This document shows positions 1 through 9,335 of a DNA stretch of 64,000 bases, piece after piece; position 1 is the first letter of the stretch, and every line of letters begins with the position of its first letter. The DNA is from a virus, in the IMG/VR virus record IMGVR_UViG_3300027387_000003, positions 1-64,000 of that record; one strand, given 5' to 3'. The notes beneath the pieces were generated by a model. That model had not been told where the DNA came from, made no database searches, and was given only the letters and a program-made list of their open reading frames with translations. A program made the position numbers and the translations under genes.

Positions 1-81
1 ATCAGAACACAGTCAGTTGCAGCAGCAACAGCAAATGTTCTTTCAACAGCAACAATTACAATCACACCTTGGGCTGCATAA
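1..81 (+). CDS. 3' end of a gene truncated by the window edge, possibly PASTA-like C-terminus
   Basis: Open frame IRTQSVAAATANVLSTATITITPWAA* ending TAA at 79-81, followed by a terminator; QS..A...V.....ITI pattern resembles the end of a PASTA repeat. Confidence 0.4.
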   Translation: MRTQSVAAATANVLSTATITITPWAA

Positions 82-94
82 TAAACTCCCAAGC

Positions 95-127
95 AAAAAG
101 CCCCCAGCCATTGGCTGGGGGCTTTTT
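95..127. terminator. bidirectional intrinsic terminator
   Basis: AAAAAGCCCCCAGCC-ATT-GGCTGGGGGCTTTTT hairpin with A and T tracts between convergent genes. Confidence 0.9.
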
Positions 128-141
128 AGTTTAAAGGTATA

Positions 142-675
142 TTAGTTTGGGAACTCCCTTAGGAAGCTCTCGTATCTTTCTCCATTTTTCTGGCCTGGGT
201 ATACTTTCCAGGAGGACCAGTCTGAGCCTCCGTTTGACATGTAGTGCGCAATTTGCGCATTAGTCACGGGGTCCAGAAGTTCCTTATTTGATTTGAGGTC
301 AAATTTCTCCCGTCGGTCTTCTCCGAGACTTCCCAGCATATTAATCTGGAACATCCCGTAGGAGTTGTCGCCTGTATTGACGTTTCCGTTGTGGGCTAAG
401 GGGCGACCGTTAGATTCTTTCTTAGCAACCGCGTAGGCGACCTTGAGAGCTTTTCCCTCAAAACCAACCGCTCTAAGCAGGTCAACTAATTCTGTATCTG
501 ACAGTTCTTTTGCTCCTTTGTACTTCTCTAGTGGGTCCACAGCGATTTCTTGTACTGTCACAGTTGGAACTTTCTCATCCGCATTAGCTAGCGTGTGAGG
601 TATTCCCCCTATTAACAGTGCATACATTGAAAACACCGCCACTTTATCCATTGTTTCTTTTCTGATATTGAACAT
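142..675 (-). CDS. lytic transglycosylase / lysozyme-like (SLT) cell-wall hydrolase with N-terminal hydrophobic segment
   Basis: Catalytic 'KKESNG' Glu, 'SYGMFQIN' and 'LLDPVTNAQIA...W..W' motifs; ATG at 675 has GAGGAG RBS (ORF track start 696 is probably too long). Confidence 0.8.
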   Translation of the reverse strand: MFNIRKETMDKVAVFSMYALLIGGIPHTLANADEKVPTVTVQEIAVDPLEKYKGAKELSDTELVDLLRAVGFEGKALKVAYAVAKKESNGRPLAHNGNVNTGDNSYGMFQINMLGSLGEDRREKFDLKSNKELLDPVTNAQIAHYMSNGGSDWSSWKVYPGQKNGERYESFLREFPN

Positions 676-895
676 TTCTGCTCCTCTCAGTAGCAAAAGG
701 CTCCATTACTGGAGCCTTTCAAGAACTAGAGTGCCACAGTGTTACAGCGAGAGTCAAGCCGAAGTAAATATATTTTTTATATTGAGACAAATTAAGTATT
801 TACGTATTTAATAGATACACGTATTTCCGCATTTGTATATGCGTAATGGACAACATATATCTACATTCTAATTTAAACTAGAAAATGAGAGACAT

Positions 896-1141
896 ATGTC
901 AGTAGCAGAGTGGGCTGGAACACTAGCTGGATTTGCAGCTTTTGGAGCAGCAATTATTACAGCCACATCATGGGTATTAAAATCTTACCTAAAGAACTAT
1001 GTACATGAACTTAAGCCCAACGGCGGGGGCTCGATGAAAGATACCGTCAATAAAATTCATGCCGAGATGGTAGACCTGCGCGTCTCTGTTGCTCGTCTTG
1101 AAGGTCGCTTTACACAGCACCTAGACGAAACCGAGAAGTAG
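896..1141 (+). CDS. membrane protein, holin-like/lysis-associated (1 TM + coiled coil)
   Basis: N-terminal TM, 'ELKPNGGGSMKD' motif typical of small actinophage membrane proteins; next to lysin. Confidence 0.55.
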   Translation: MSVAEWAGTLAGFAAFGAAIITATSWVLKSYLKNYVHELKPNGGGSMKDTVNKIHAEMVDLRVSVARLEGRFTQHLDETEK

Positions 1142-1188
1142 TAGTACTCTTTTATTAATCCCCCACACACGGGGGTCTAAGGAGAACC

Positions 1189-1383
1189 ATGAACAAAGAA
1201 CAGCTAACAGCAGCACTTGGCACATACCTACGTGCAAGCGCGGCATCAGTCGTCGCCCTATACATGAGCGGCATTACGGACCCAAAGACTCTGCTTAACG
1301 CATTTATTGCAGGTCTCATTGGCCCTCTAGCAAAAGCCGTAAATCCTAAAGATAAGGCATACGGAATCGGCGCAAGTAAGTAG
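1189..1383 (+). CDS. putative holin (2 TM)
   Basis: 64 aa, two hydrophobic helices, basic C-terminus 'NPKDKAYG'; AAGGAG RBS. Confidence 0.65.
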   Translation: MNKEQLTAALGTYLRASAASVVALYMSGITDPKTLLNAFIAGLIGPLAKAVNPKDKAYGIGASK

Positions 1384-1431
1384 AATAGGAGGAGGCGGGT
1401 GACCCCCGCCTCCAACTATTAGGAGGATATT

Positions 1432-1662
1432 ATGGCGAAGCCAAAGTGTGATAATTGTGAACTAGACGCTGCTTATACATGTGCAGACCCAGGGACTAAC
1501 CCAGTTAATTATTGCCACAACGATTTACCAAAGTGGTTACAGGAACGTGCTGATTCTGGTCACTTCCCATTAGTTGAAGCAGTTGAAGAAAAGCCTTCTA
1601 AGAAGAAAGCCGTTCCTGCTGAAGATAAGGCAGAGGAAGTCCCTGCCGATGAAAGTAAGTAG
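1432..1662 (+). CDS. hypothetical protein with Cys/His Zn-finger
   Basis: CxxC...C..H pattern; AGGAGG RBS. Confidence 0.6.
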   Translation: MAKPKCDNCELDAAYTCADPGTNPVNYCHNDLPKWLQERADSGHFPLVEAVEEKPSKKKAVPAEDKAEEVPADESK

Positions 1663-1912
1663 AAGACAAGCAATACAGGTACATCCAGTACCTGACCGAA
1701 TGGTGGAGCCACAGGGCCCATTTCCTAGGGAACTCTTTAGAGAGCCTAAAATTGTCATTGATGAAGATGACCCGTACTCTGATGATGGTTCAAACCACCC
1801 ACTAGGCGCTACAGTACAAAATAACTTTACTCCAGAGAAATATCTTCGTTGTTCACGCTGTTTTTCACGTGTTACAGAATCGGAGACTAAGAACCACAGT
1901 TGCGAGGAATAA
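1649..1912 (+). CDS. hypothetical protein, C-terminal Zn-finger
   Basis: ATG 1649 overlapping upstream gene; CSRC...HSC. Confidence 0.55.
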   Translation: MKVSRRQAIQVHPVPDRMVEPQGPFPRELFREPKIVIDEDDPYSDDGSNHPLGATVQNNFTPEKYLRCSRCFSRVTESETKNHSCEE

Positions 1913-2397
1913 TGGCTAAGCCAGACCCAAAGTTAGAGTTAGCCGCTAAACAACGCGAAGAACAAAAGAATAGAATTCTTAACCTTGGTTTAAGAGCGCA
2001 AGAAAAACTATTAATTGATAGCCCTTTTCAAGAGCAATTCAAAGTAGTCTTGCCTTCTGAGTTTCGTCACGCTAACACAATAAATTCTTCACGCCCACGT
2101 GCACATGCTATAGGGTATAACTACGGGTCTAGAACTCTGTACGTTGTATTTAGAGATGGTACACAGTGGCAGTACGATAATGTAGGTGCTAACCACTGGG
2201 AAGCTATACAGGTAGCAGATTCGACTGGTCGATACCTTGCGTCTAGCGGATTAGATAAGTGGCCTACAATGGGACCTGCTAACTCAGATGATATATCTCC
2301 AGAAGCTCAGGAACGTCTGTCACAAACGGCAGCAACTGCTAGTAGAATACAGAAAGTAAGAGAAGACTTTAAAATCCCATTTTCAGGTAAAGAGTAG
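1912..2397 (+). CDS. KTSC domain protein
   Basis: 'AIGYNYGSRTLYVVFRDGTQWQYDNV....W..I..ADSTGRYL' matches the KTSC pattern; TAATG coupling. Confidence 0.75.
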   Translation: MAKPDPKLELAAKQREEQKNRILNLGLRAQEKLLIDSPFQEQFKVVLPSEFRHANTINSSRPRAHAIGYNYGSRTLYVVFRDGTQWQYDNVGANHWEAIQVADSTGRYLASSGLDKWPTMGPANSDDISPEAQERLSQTAATASRIQKVREDFKIPFSGKE

Positions 2398-2399
2398 AT

Positions 2400-2690
2400 A
2401 TGAAATCATACGGACCACTATACGGCGGAAAACTTCGTTACTGGCATAGAAAAGCTTTACCTATAATTGAGGTAGGCAGTACTCAAGAGACAGAATATCC
2501 ATATAGAAAAGGTAAGTGCCTAGTGTTCAGGCTCCCATTTACAGAGCCTGGTTTATATGCAGGAGTTTTCTACCATACCCCAGATATTATGTGGGATGAC
2601 GAGGACGCTGTTGATAAGCTACTATCTGATGCTATGAAAGGCCGTGAAGCCTGGAAACCCAAGGATGGAGCATATGATGAGTTTTTTTAA
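2400..2690 (+). CDS. hypothetical protein
   Basis: ORF in tightly packed operon. Confidence 0.6.
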   Translation: MKSYGPLYGGKLRYWHRKALPIIEVGSTQETEYPYRKGKCLVFRLPFTEPGLYAGVFYHTPDIMWDDEDAVDKLLSDAMKGREAWKPKDGAYDEFF

Positions 2691-2922
2691 GAAAGAAGCT
2701 TGGACTAAGCCTTTTCCTGAAAAAGTAGCCAGAAGAGTATCTAAGATTCCAACTGGGGAACTAGAGATGTGGGCAGACCAAGCTATTACTGAAATTGGTC
2801 GTTGCCTTTCTGGTTATACTAAAAATAGAGACGCTGTTTACCTAAATGAAGCTCTTAAGGGAGCCGAAGCTTTACATGCAGTTGTTGACCAGTTACACAC
2901 TAGAATGAGCAAGCCTCTTTAA
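2674..2922 (+). CDS. hypothetical protein upstream of terminase
   Basis: GGAG RBS before ATG 2674/2677; helical 82 aa protein. Confidence 0.6.
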   Translation: MMSFFKKEAWTKPFPEKVARRVSKIPTGELEMWADQAITEIGRCLSGYTKNRDAVYLNEALKGAEALHAVVDQLHTRMSKPL

Positions 2923-2952
2923 TTATCCTATTAGTTATGCTAGAATTATCCT

Positions 2953-3020
2953 TGCCTCTCTTCCTCTCCCCGTGTGATGGCATCAAAAGGTCCTGGGTAT
3001 AACTACCCAGGCTTTTTGTT
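2953..3020 (+). ncRNA. candidate small RNA with CU-rich loop and intrinsic terminator
   Basis: Extended -10 TGC-TAGAAT (2938-2946); TGCC...GGCA stem enclosing CTCTCTTCCTCTCCCC; terminator CCTGGGTA-TAAC-TACCCAGG-CTTTTT. Confidence 0.45.
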
Positions 3021-3041
3021 TTATATTAAACTAAGGTTAAT

Positions 3042-4637
3042 ATGGACAACAACATTGTTTTAGAAGAAGACGAAGATGACGAGTTCTTCCCTGAGGAAGA
3101 GCTCGAAGAAGGCCTGCCTGAAGAAGAAGAAGATATTGAGCTTGATGAGCTCTCTAAAGAGTTTGTAAAAAAGCTAATTGATAGATGTATTGAGTTCATG
3201 AACGCTTTAGTAGGCCATGAGCTACACCCTTATCAAATGCCTCTTGCCCGTCGCATCATTGAGTCCGTAATTATCAATGACGGTGAAGAAGTAACAGCGT
3301 TAGCCGCACGTCAGTCAGGTAAGTCTGAAACAATTGCTAATACCGTAGCAACGCTAATGGTGCTTTTGCCACGCCTTGCAAAGATGTATCCAGACCTATT
3401 AGGTCAGTTTAAAGAGGGCATCTGGATTGGTATGTTTGCTCCAGTTGAAGGTCAGGTAGAAACTCTCTTTGGTCGCACTGTTAATAGGCTTACTAGCGAA
3501 CGTGCTTTAGAGATTTTAGGTGACCCTGAGATTGATGACAGCCTAGGTAAAGTTCCAGGCGTTACTAGACAAATTAAATTAAAGAACTCTGGCAGTAGCC
3601 TTATGATGATGACAGCTAACCCACGTGCAAAGATTGAATCTAAGTCTTTCCACCTTATTGTTATTGACGAGTGTCAAGAAGCAGATGACTTCGTGGTATC
3701 TAAGTCTATCTCTCCTATGCTTGCGTACTACTCAGGAACCATGGTTAAGACTGGAACTCCTACTACGCATAAAAACAACTTCTATCGTTCTATCCAACTC
3801 AATAAGCGTAGACAGACAGGTAGAGGAATTCGCACTAACCACTTTGAGTGGGATTACAGAGATGTAAGTAAGTGCAACGCTAACTACGCAAAGTTCATTA
3901 AAAAAGAAATGCTGCGTATTGGCGAAGACTCAGATGAGTTCCAGATGTCCTACTGCTGTAAGTGGTTGCTGGAACGAGGTATGTTCGTAACCTCAGCTAT
4001 GATGGATGAGCTTGGAGACACATCTCAAGAAACCGTTAAGGCTTGGCACCGTTCCCCAGTTGTAGTAGGTATTGACCCTGCTCGTAAGATGGACTCCACA
4101 GTTGTCACGGTTGTTTGGGTTGACTGGGATAGGCCTGATGAGTTTGGATATTTTGACCATAGAATTTTAAACTGGCTGGAGTTACAAGGTGATGACTGGG
4201 AAGACCAATACTTTCAAATCGTTAATTTCTTGGGGAGTTACGACGTACTTGCTGTTGGCGTTGACGCTAACGGCGTGGGTGATGCGGTTGCACAAAGACT
4301 CAAACTCCTCCTCCCAAGAGCAGAAGTACATTCCATAGGAAGTAGTCAACCAGAGCAATCAAAGCGTTGGAAACACCTTAAGGCTTTAATTGACCGCAGA
4401 TTAGTTGGTTGGCCTGCACACGCAAAGACAAGGCGACTACGGACCTGGAAGCGTTTCTACCAACAAATGACAGACTTGGAAACTAAGTTCACAGGACCTA
4501 ACTTCCTTGCTCATGCGCCAGATGAGGCGCATGCCCACGATGACTATGCGGACAGCCTTGCAATAGCCGTATCTTTAACTTTAGATATGACTATGCCTTC
4601 GGTTGAAGTATCTACCTCCCCGTTCTTCAGTAGGTAG
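3042..4637 (+). CDS. terL: terminase large subunit
   Basis: Walker A 'ARQSGKS', Walker B 'IVIDE', C-motif 'GTP', nuclease 'GIDPA' and 'HDDYADS'. Confidence 0.95.
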   Translation: MDNNIVLEEDEDDEFFPEEELEEGLPEEEEDIELDELSKEFVKKLIDRCIEFMNALVGHELHPYQMPLARRIIESVIINDGEEVTALAARQSGKSETIANTVATLMVLLPRLAKMYPDLLGQFKEGIWIGMFAPVEGQVETLFGRTVNRLTSERALEILGDPEIDDSLGKVPGVTRQIKLKNSGSSLMMMTANPRAKIESKSFHLIVIDECQEADDFVVSKSISPMLAYYSGTMVKTGTPTTHKNNFYRSIQLNKRRQTGRGIRTNHFEWDYRDVSKCNANYAKFIKKEMLRIGEDSDEFQMSYCCKWLLERGMFVTSAMMDELGDTSQETVKAWHRSPVVVGIDPARKMDSTVVTVVWVDWDRPDEFGYFDHRILNWLELQGDDWEDQYFQIVNFLGSYDVLAVGVDANGVGDAVAQRLKLLLPRAEVHSIGSSQPEQSKRWKHLKALIDRRLVGWPAHAKTRRLRTWKRFYQQMTDLETKFTGPNFLAHAPDEAHAHDDYADSLAIAVSLTLDMTMPSVEVSTSPFFSR

Positions 4638-4642
4638 TTACC

Positions 4643-4679
4643 CGTTTAGCCTGACTTTACGACCAATAAGTAGGACACT
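4643..4679 (+). promoter_or_regulatory. putative late promoter (CGTTT-N3-CTGACT-N17-GACACT)
   Basis: Same geometry recurs at 7256 and 9746 before structural genes. Confidence 0.45.
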
Positions 4680-4718
4680 TTTACACGAGGTCCTCAACCC
4701 TTATAAGGAGTATAAAAA

Positions 4719-5117
4719 ATGGCAATTGCCCCAACACCTAAGTTCCCTGAAAAGCCAGGAACCACTTACGACCGTAAGATGGCTTCTGCAACACCAGGAC
4801 AACGTGGCCCACTACGTTTTGAAGAAGGTCTTGCAACTGATACTGACATTCCTAGCGAATTCACTAACGGTGCAATGCATGGATACGAACCTGCACCAGG
4901 TCGTCCAAACCGTAACAAGCCTGTTCACACAAAGACAGCAGAAGAAACAATGCGTGAACGCGCACACGTTGGTTCTGCAGCATGGGTAGAAGCACCAGCA
5001 AGCCTTACTGATTTTTCAGCAGGCGGATTTGCTGACCATGGAGATAACCGCATTGAGCGCGTAATTCGCAGCGGTGCAAACCAAAAAGCATCTAACCCAG
5101 CAGTAGTAAACGATTAA
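4719..5117 (+). CDS. hypothetical protein, probably virion/head-associated
   Basis: AAGGAG RBS; lies between terminase and portal; 'GPLRFEEG.ATDTD' motif. Confidence 0.65.
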   Translation: MAIAPTPKFPEKPGTTYDRKMASATPGQRGPLRFEEGLATDTDIPSEFTNGAMHGYEPAPGRPNRNKPVHTKTAEETMRERAHVGSAAWVEAPASLTDFSAGGFADHGDNRIERVIRSGANQKASNPAVVND

Positions 5118-5189
5118 TTAGGTTTCCTACCCCCGTTCAGCATATTTGAAAAGCTGCGGGGGTAGGTTCCTCATTTCTAAGGATTAACA

Positions 5190-5495
5190 ATGGCACTTAT
5201 CTCAGGTAAAGAAGTAAAAAAGACGGAAGAGCGCGTAGCCGCAAATCCTAAACTTTGGAACATGATTACCGCTCAAGCGGGAGCAAAGTTCTCTAAAAAC
5301 TCACCTGCCCGTGGTCACTGGATTCATGCTAAATACAATCAAATGGGTGGTCAATACGTCAACTCTAAAAGAGAAGTAGACCCACGTTTTCGAGATTACG
5401 CACACGAAGAGATAGAAAAAAAAGAAGAGCAGCAAAAAAAGAAGGTTGTTAAAAAAGTTGGCAAGGCCAATATCCGCGGCGAGCGTATTCGCTAA
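5190..5495 (+). CDS. hypothetical basic protein
   Basis: ORF with RBS; Lys-rich C-terminus. Confidence 0.65.
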   Translation: MALISGKEVKKTEERVAANPKLWNMITAQAGAKFSKNSPARGHWIHAKYNQMGGQYVNSKREVDPRFRDYAHEEIEKKEEQQKKKVVKKVGKANIRGERIR

Positions 5496-5547
5496 CCTTA
5501 TTTAATTGTGGTAGTCTTTGTCTATATGTAAGAAAAAGGTGGAATAG

Positions 5548-7254
5548 TTGAGCGGTATTGATTTTTCTCCCCCCTCTTATAGGGCGGCGTCTAGCGACCT
5601 AACTATCTCCATTTCTCCACTAGGTTTAGTGGAATTGGCTGATGAAGAATTTGAAGTTCACGGTCCTCGTCTAAATCGCTACTCCCTTAACTGGGCTATG
5701 TACCTTGGTCACCACTACTCATATCGTCGCCAGGTGGGTGATGCACAGCTAGTACTTAACTACTACCGTGCTTTTACAGATTTTATTATTAACTTTACTT
5801 TTGGTAAGGGCGTTAACTTCCGCTCACCAAAGGAGACCGAAGCTATTGTTCCTGACCTACTTGAAAGAGTGTGGGAAGTAGATAACAACAAAGCAACAAT
5901 TTTATGGGAGATGGGCCAGCAAGGTTCGGTCTCTGGCGATTGCTTTATTAAGGTAGCTTATGAAGAAGCATGGGTTGACCCATCAGGTATGGCGCACCCT
6001 GGACGTGTTCGCATTCTTCCCCTTAATGCTGCTTTTTGTTTTCCAGAGTTTCACCCACATGACCGCGAGCGCCTTATACGCTTTAAGTTAAAGTATCGTT
6101 TCTGGGGCACATCACTAGAAGGTACTCGTCAGGTATTTACTTACACTGAAATTCTTACAGAAGATGTGATTGAGGAATACATCAACGATGAACTTATTGA
6201 TTCTCGCCCTAACCCGCTTGGTACTATTCCCATTGTTCATATTCCAAATGTTCGCGTTAGTGGTAGCCCTTGGGGTCTTAGCGACGGTCATGACATTATT
6301 AATATTAACCGTACTTATAACGAGACTGCTACTGACATCGCTGACATCGTTAATTATCATGCTGCTCCCGTCACAGTCATCATTGGTGCCAAAGCTTCAC
6401 AATTGGAAAAGGGCGCTAACAAAGTCTGGGGCGGTCTACCGAAAGACGCGAGGGTAGAAAACCTAGAAGGCGGTGCACAAGGACTTAAGGGAGCTATGGA
6501 CTTCCTATCAATGCTTAAGAAGTCTATGCACGAAATGATTGGTGTTCCTGAGACCGCCCTTGGTCAAGCACAGCCAATCTCTAATACATCTGGCGTAGCG
6601 CTATCTATCCAGTTCCAGCCTTTGATGAACCGCTACCACCAGAAGATTGTTCAGTACGCACGTGGACTAGAGCTTGTTAATCAGCTTATCCTACGCAGCC
6701 TTGCGGTCAAGGAGCCAGAAAGCTTTATTTGGGACCCAACAACTAATACAAAGCTTAAGAAGGGTCAGGTCGACCGTCTAGACCCTAATGACCCACTTAC
6801 CTATTTAACTTACGTACATTTCCCACAGCCACTTCCACTAGACAAGTTGATTGCCCTTAACGAAGTTCAATCTATGCTTTCACTAGGGTTGGAGTCTAAG
6901 GAAGGTGCTCTTCGTACCCTTGGTGAAGAGTTCCCTACAGAGAAGCTTAATGAAATCCGTCAAGAACTTATGGACGATGCAGTTGCTGATGGAGCCCTTA
7001 AGCTCCTACAGACTCAGATTGAGCAAGAAATTGCTGAACTTACAGGCACTATGCCTAACCCTGAAACTGGAGGCGCTCCTGGCGCCCCTAGTGCAGCTGG
7101 TGCTCCTGGAGCCCCAGCAGTACTACCACCAACAATGGATGAAGCGCTAGGTGCCGCCAATATGGGCGAAGCAGACCTACGTAACAAGTTGGTAACTGAA
7201 GCTTATGGCACCGTTCTCCCACAGAGACGTGTACCAGAAGAATACGAAAAATAA
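5548..7254 (+). CDS. portal protein (SPP1 gp6-like)
   Basis: Position after terL; 'NPLGTIPIVHIPN', 'SGVAL' motifs; TTG start with AAGGTGG RBS. Confidence 0.9.
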   Translation: MSGIDFSPPSYRAASSDLTISISPLGLVELADEEFEVHGPRLNRYSLNWAMYLGHHYSYRRQVGDAQLVLNYYRAFTDFIINFTFGKGVNFRSPKETEAIVPDLLERVWEVDNNKATILWEMGQQGSVSGDCFIKVAYEEAWVDPSGMAHPGRVRILPLNAAFCFPEFHPHDRERLIRFKLKYRFWGTSLEGTRQVFTYTEILTEDVIEEYINDELIDSRPNPLGTIPIVHIPNVRVSGSPWGLSDGHDIININRTYNETATDIADIVNYHAAPVTVIIGAKASQLEKGANKVWGGLPKDARVENLEGGAQGLKGAMDFLSMLKKSMHEMIGVPETALGQAQPISNTSGVALSIQFQPLMNRYHQKIVQYARGLELVNQLILRSLAVKEPESFIWDPTTNTKLKKGQVDRLDPNDPLTYLTYVHFPQPLPLDKLIALNEVQSMLSLGLESKEGALRTLGEEFPTEKLNEIRQELMDDAVADGALKLLQTQIEQEIAELTGTMPNPETGGAPGAPSAAGAPGAPAVLPPTMDEALGAANMGEADLRNKLVTEAYGTVLPQRRVPEEYEK

Positions 7255-7255
7255 G

Positions 7256-7292
7256 CGTTTACGCTGACATTTTTTGTGTTAAGCAAGAAAAT
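7256..7292 (+). promoter_or_regulatory. putative late promoter (CGTTT-N3-CTGACA-N17-GAAAAT)
   Basis: Shared geometry with 4643 and 9746. Confidence 0.45.
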
Positions 7293-7369
7293 ATATACAA
7301 CGTTCGGTCATATGTGTTACGCCAGTAATGGCATTCGGAAAACGACCTCTAGGAGAAAAAGGAATCTTT

Positions 7370-8149
7370 ATGGATACAGCAGAAGTTAATGCGGAGGCCT
7401 TTGCGGTCGAAGCAGGAGTTGTTCCAGTTGTAGCTGAGTCTTCAGACAACGCAGTTGTCGCTGACGCACTTACTACTAAGGCAACTTCCAAGTTTTATAC
7501 GGAAGATGACTTGGCTCGTGTACGTAGCCAAGAAAAAGAAAAACTCTACCCTCAGATTGATAAACTGAAGGAAGAACTAGATGGCATTAAGAAAGAGCGT
7601 GAAGCAGAACTTGCTGCACGTGCTGCAGATGCAGAAGCGAAAGCTAAGGCTGAGCAGGAAGCTCTTGAAAGTGACATGGATGTTCGTACCTTGCTTAAGA
7701 CCAAGGAAACAGAGTGGCAGGAGCAGTTGGAGCGTGAGCGTCAAGAACGTGAACGTGCCTTCGCTCTACTGGAACGCGAAAAGTCTTTTGCTGACCTACA
7801 GAACTACCGTTCACAACGTGTAGACGCAGAACGTGAAGCTATTATTCCTGAACTGTTAGACCTAATCAGTGGCAATACCCCTGAAGAAGTTGACGCAAGT
7901 ATTGCAGGCTTGAAGGAACGTTCCGCAAAGATTCTTGAATCGGCGCAGTCTGCTATGCAGAATGCACGGAAAGAAATGACGGGGACAAGGGTAACCACGC
8001 CCCCGCTCGGACAAATGGACACCAATATGGACCAACGCTCGTTAACGGCTGAAGATATTCAGTCAATGTCGATGAATGATTATGCAAAATACAGAGAGAA
8101 AATCTTGGGCGCTACAGCTCGAGGTAAGTCTCGCGGCTTGTTCGGGTAA
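7370..8149 (+). CDS. capsid scaffolding protein
   Basis: Long Glu/Arg/Lys coiled coil directly before MCP; AAGGA RBS before ATG 7370. Confidence 0.85.
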   Translation: MDTAEVNAEAFAVEAGVVPVVAESSDNAVVADALTTKATSKFYTEDDLARVRSQEKEKLYPQIDKLKEELDGIKKEREAELAARAADAEAKAKAEQEALESDMDVRTLLKTKETEWQEQLERERQERERAFALLEREKSFADLQNYRSQRVDAEREAIIPELLDLISGNTPEEVDASIAGLKERSAKILESAQSAMQNARKEMTGTRVTTPPLGQMDTNMDQRSLTAEDIQSMSMNDYAKYREKILGATARGKSRGLFG

Positions 8150-8193
8150 ATCCCACAATCCCAAATCCAACCAACAAGGAGTAAACAACTAAA

Positions 8194-9264
8194 ATGGCAT
8201 CTGGTATTACGGGTACTGGCAATCTAGCCGCAGCCCCAACAGCGTACTCAGGTACAAACACACAGTTGACTCAAGCGATTCAGACAATCTGGTCTAAGGA
8301 AATCCTTTTCCAGGCTATGCCTATCCTTCGCTTTGAGCAGTTCGCAGTCAAGAAGACTGAACTCGGTGTTGCACCTGGTCTACAGATTAACTTCATGCGT
8401 TACAACAACCTCGGCTTTGCTAACGCACTTGTCGAAGGTGTTCGTATGCAGACAAATGCGCTTACAGCACAGCAGTTCTCAATCACAGTAACAGAGCATG
8501 GTTATGCTCTTGCTGTATCAGAGCTATTGCTTAATGCTTCATTCGATGACGTAATGGCTTCAGCCTCACGTCTTCTTGGTCGTAACATGGCTATCTATCT
8601 TGACCAGCTATCACGCGACACACTATATGCAGCGACTTCAACAATCTACGGTGAAGACCGCTCATCACTCACAGCTGTAAACAACTGGTACGCAGATGGA
8701 ACAACAGCTTCATCTCGTGCAGCTATGACAGGTACCTACTACTTGACACCACACACAGTCAAGGACGCAGTAGAGACCCTAGCAACAAAGAACATCCCTC
8801 GCCTTGGTGAGACATATGTTGCTTTCGTTCACCCACACCAGTCACGTAAGCTACGTGACAATCCAGAATTCATCGAAGTAACCAAGTACGCAGCTCCAGG
8901 TAACTTCATGCTTGGTGAAATCGGTCGTTTGTACGACACAGTATTCATTGAGACCACACAGGTTCTCAAGGTTGCTGGCGGTGCTGGTACTTCTTACACA
9001 ACTGACACAACTGTTGCTAACCCAACTGTAACAGCTGGTGGTGGCTACATCACTCCTGCTACAAAGACAGGTAACGGTGGTTCAGACCGCTACGCAGCTA
9101 TCTTCATTGGAGATAACGCATTCGGTCACGCAATCTCTCTTCCAGTTGAACTCCGCGATGGCGGTATTCTTGACTTCGGTCGTGAGCATGCTCTTGCTTG
9201 GTACTCAATCTTCGGTCTTGGTCTAATCACTGACCAGTCTGTAATCATTGCAGAAACCAACTAA
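8194..9264 (+). CDS. major capsid protein (N4-gp56 family, HK97 fold)
   Basis: 'YVAFVHPHQSRKL', 'GEIGRL', 'DFGRE..LAWY' motifs; strongly biased codon usage; strong RBS. Confidence 0.93.
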   Translation: MASGITGTGNLAAAPTAYSGTNTQLTQAIQTIWSKEILFQAMPILRFEQFAVKKTELGVAPGLQINFMRYNNLGFANALVEGVRMQTNALTAQQFSITVTEHGYALAVSELLLNASFDDVMASASRLLGRNMAIYLDQLSRDTLYAATSTIYGEDRSSLTAVNNWYADGTTASSRAAMTGTYYLTPHTVKDAVETLATKNIPRLGETYVAFVHPHQSRKLRDNPEFIEVTKYAAPGNFMLGEIGRLYDTVFIETTQVLKVAGGAGTSYTTDTTVANPTVTAGGGYITPATKTGNGGSDRYAAIFIGDNAFGHAISLPVELRDGGILDFGREHALAWYSIFGLGLITDQSVIIAETN

Positions 9265-9279
9265 GCACTAATGTGCTAA

Positions 9280-9309
9280 TGGGGGAGGGCTACGGCCCTC
9301 CCCCACTTT
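9280..9309 (+). terminator. terminator/stabilising hairpin after MCP
   Basis: TGGGGGAGGGC-TACG-GCCCTCCCCCA-CTTT. Confidence 0.75.
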
Positions 9310-9335
9310 AACAGACAATAATTAGGAGAATATAA

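Noticed and set aside
676-760. c-di-AMP (ydaO) riboswitch before the cell-wall hydrolase
   Set aside because: Leader is only ~50 nt with a single hairpin; it lacks the size and multi-stem architecture.
7298-7369. Structured RNA leader before the scaffold gene (GCCA-GTAA-TGGC hairpin, GGTC/GACC)
   Set aside because: Stems are too short to support without covariation data.
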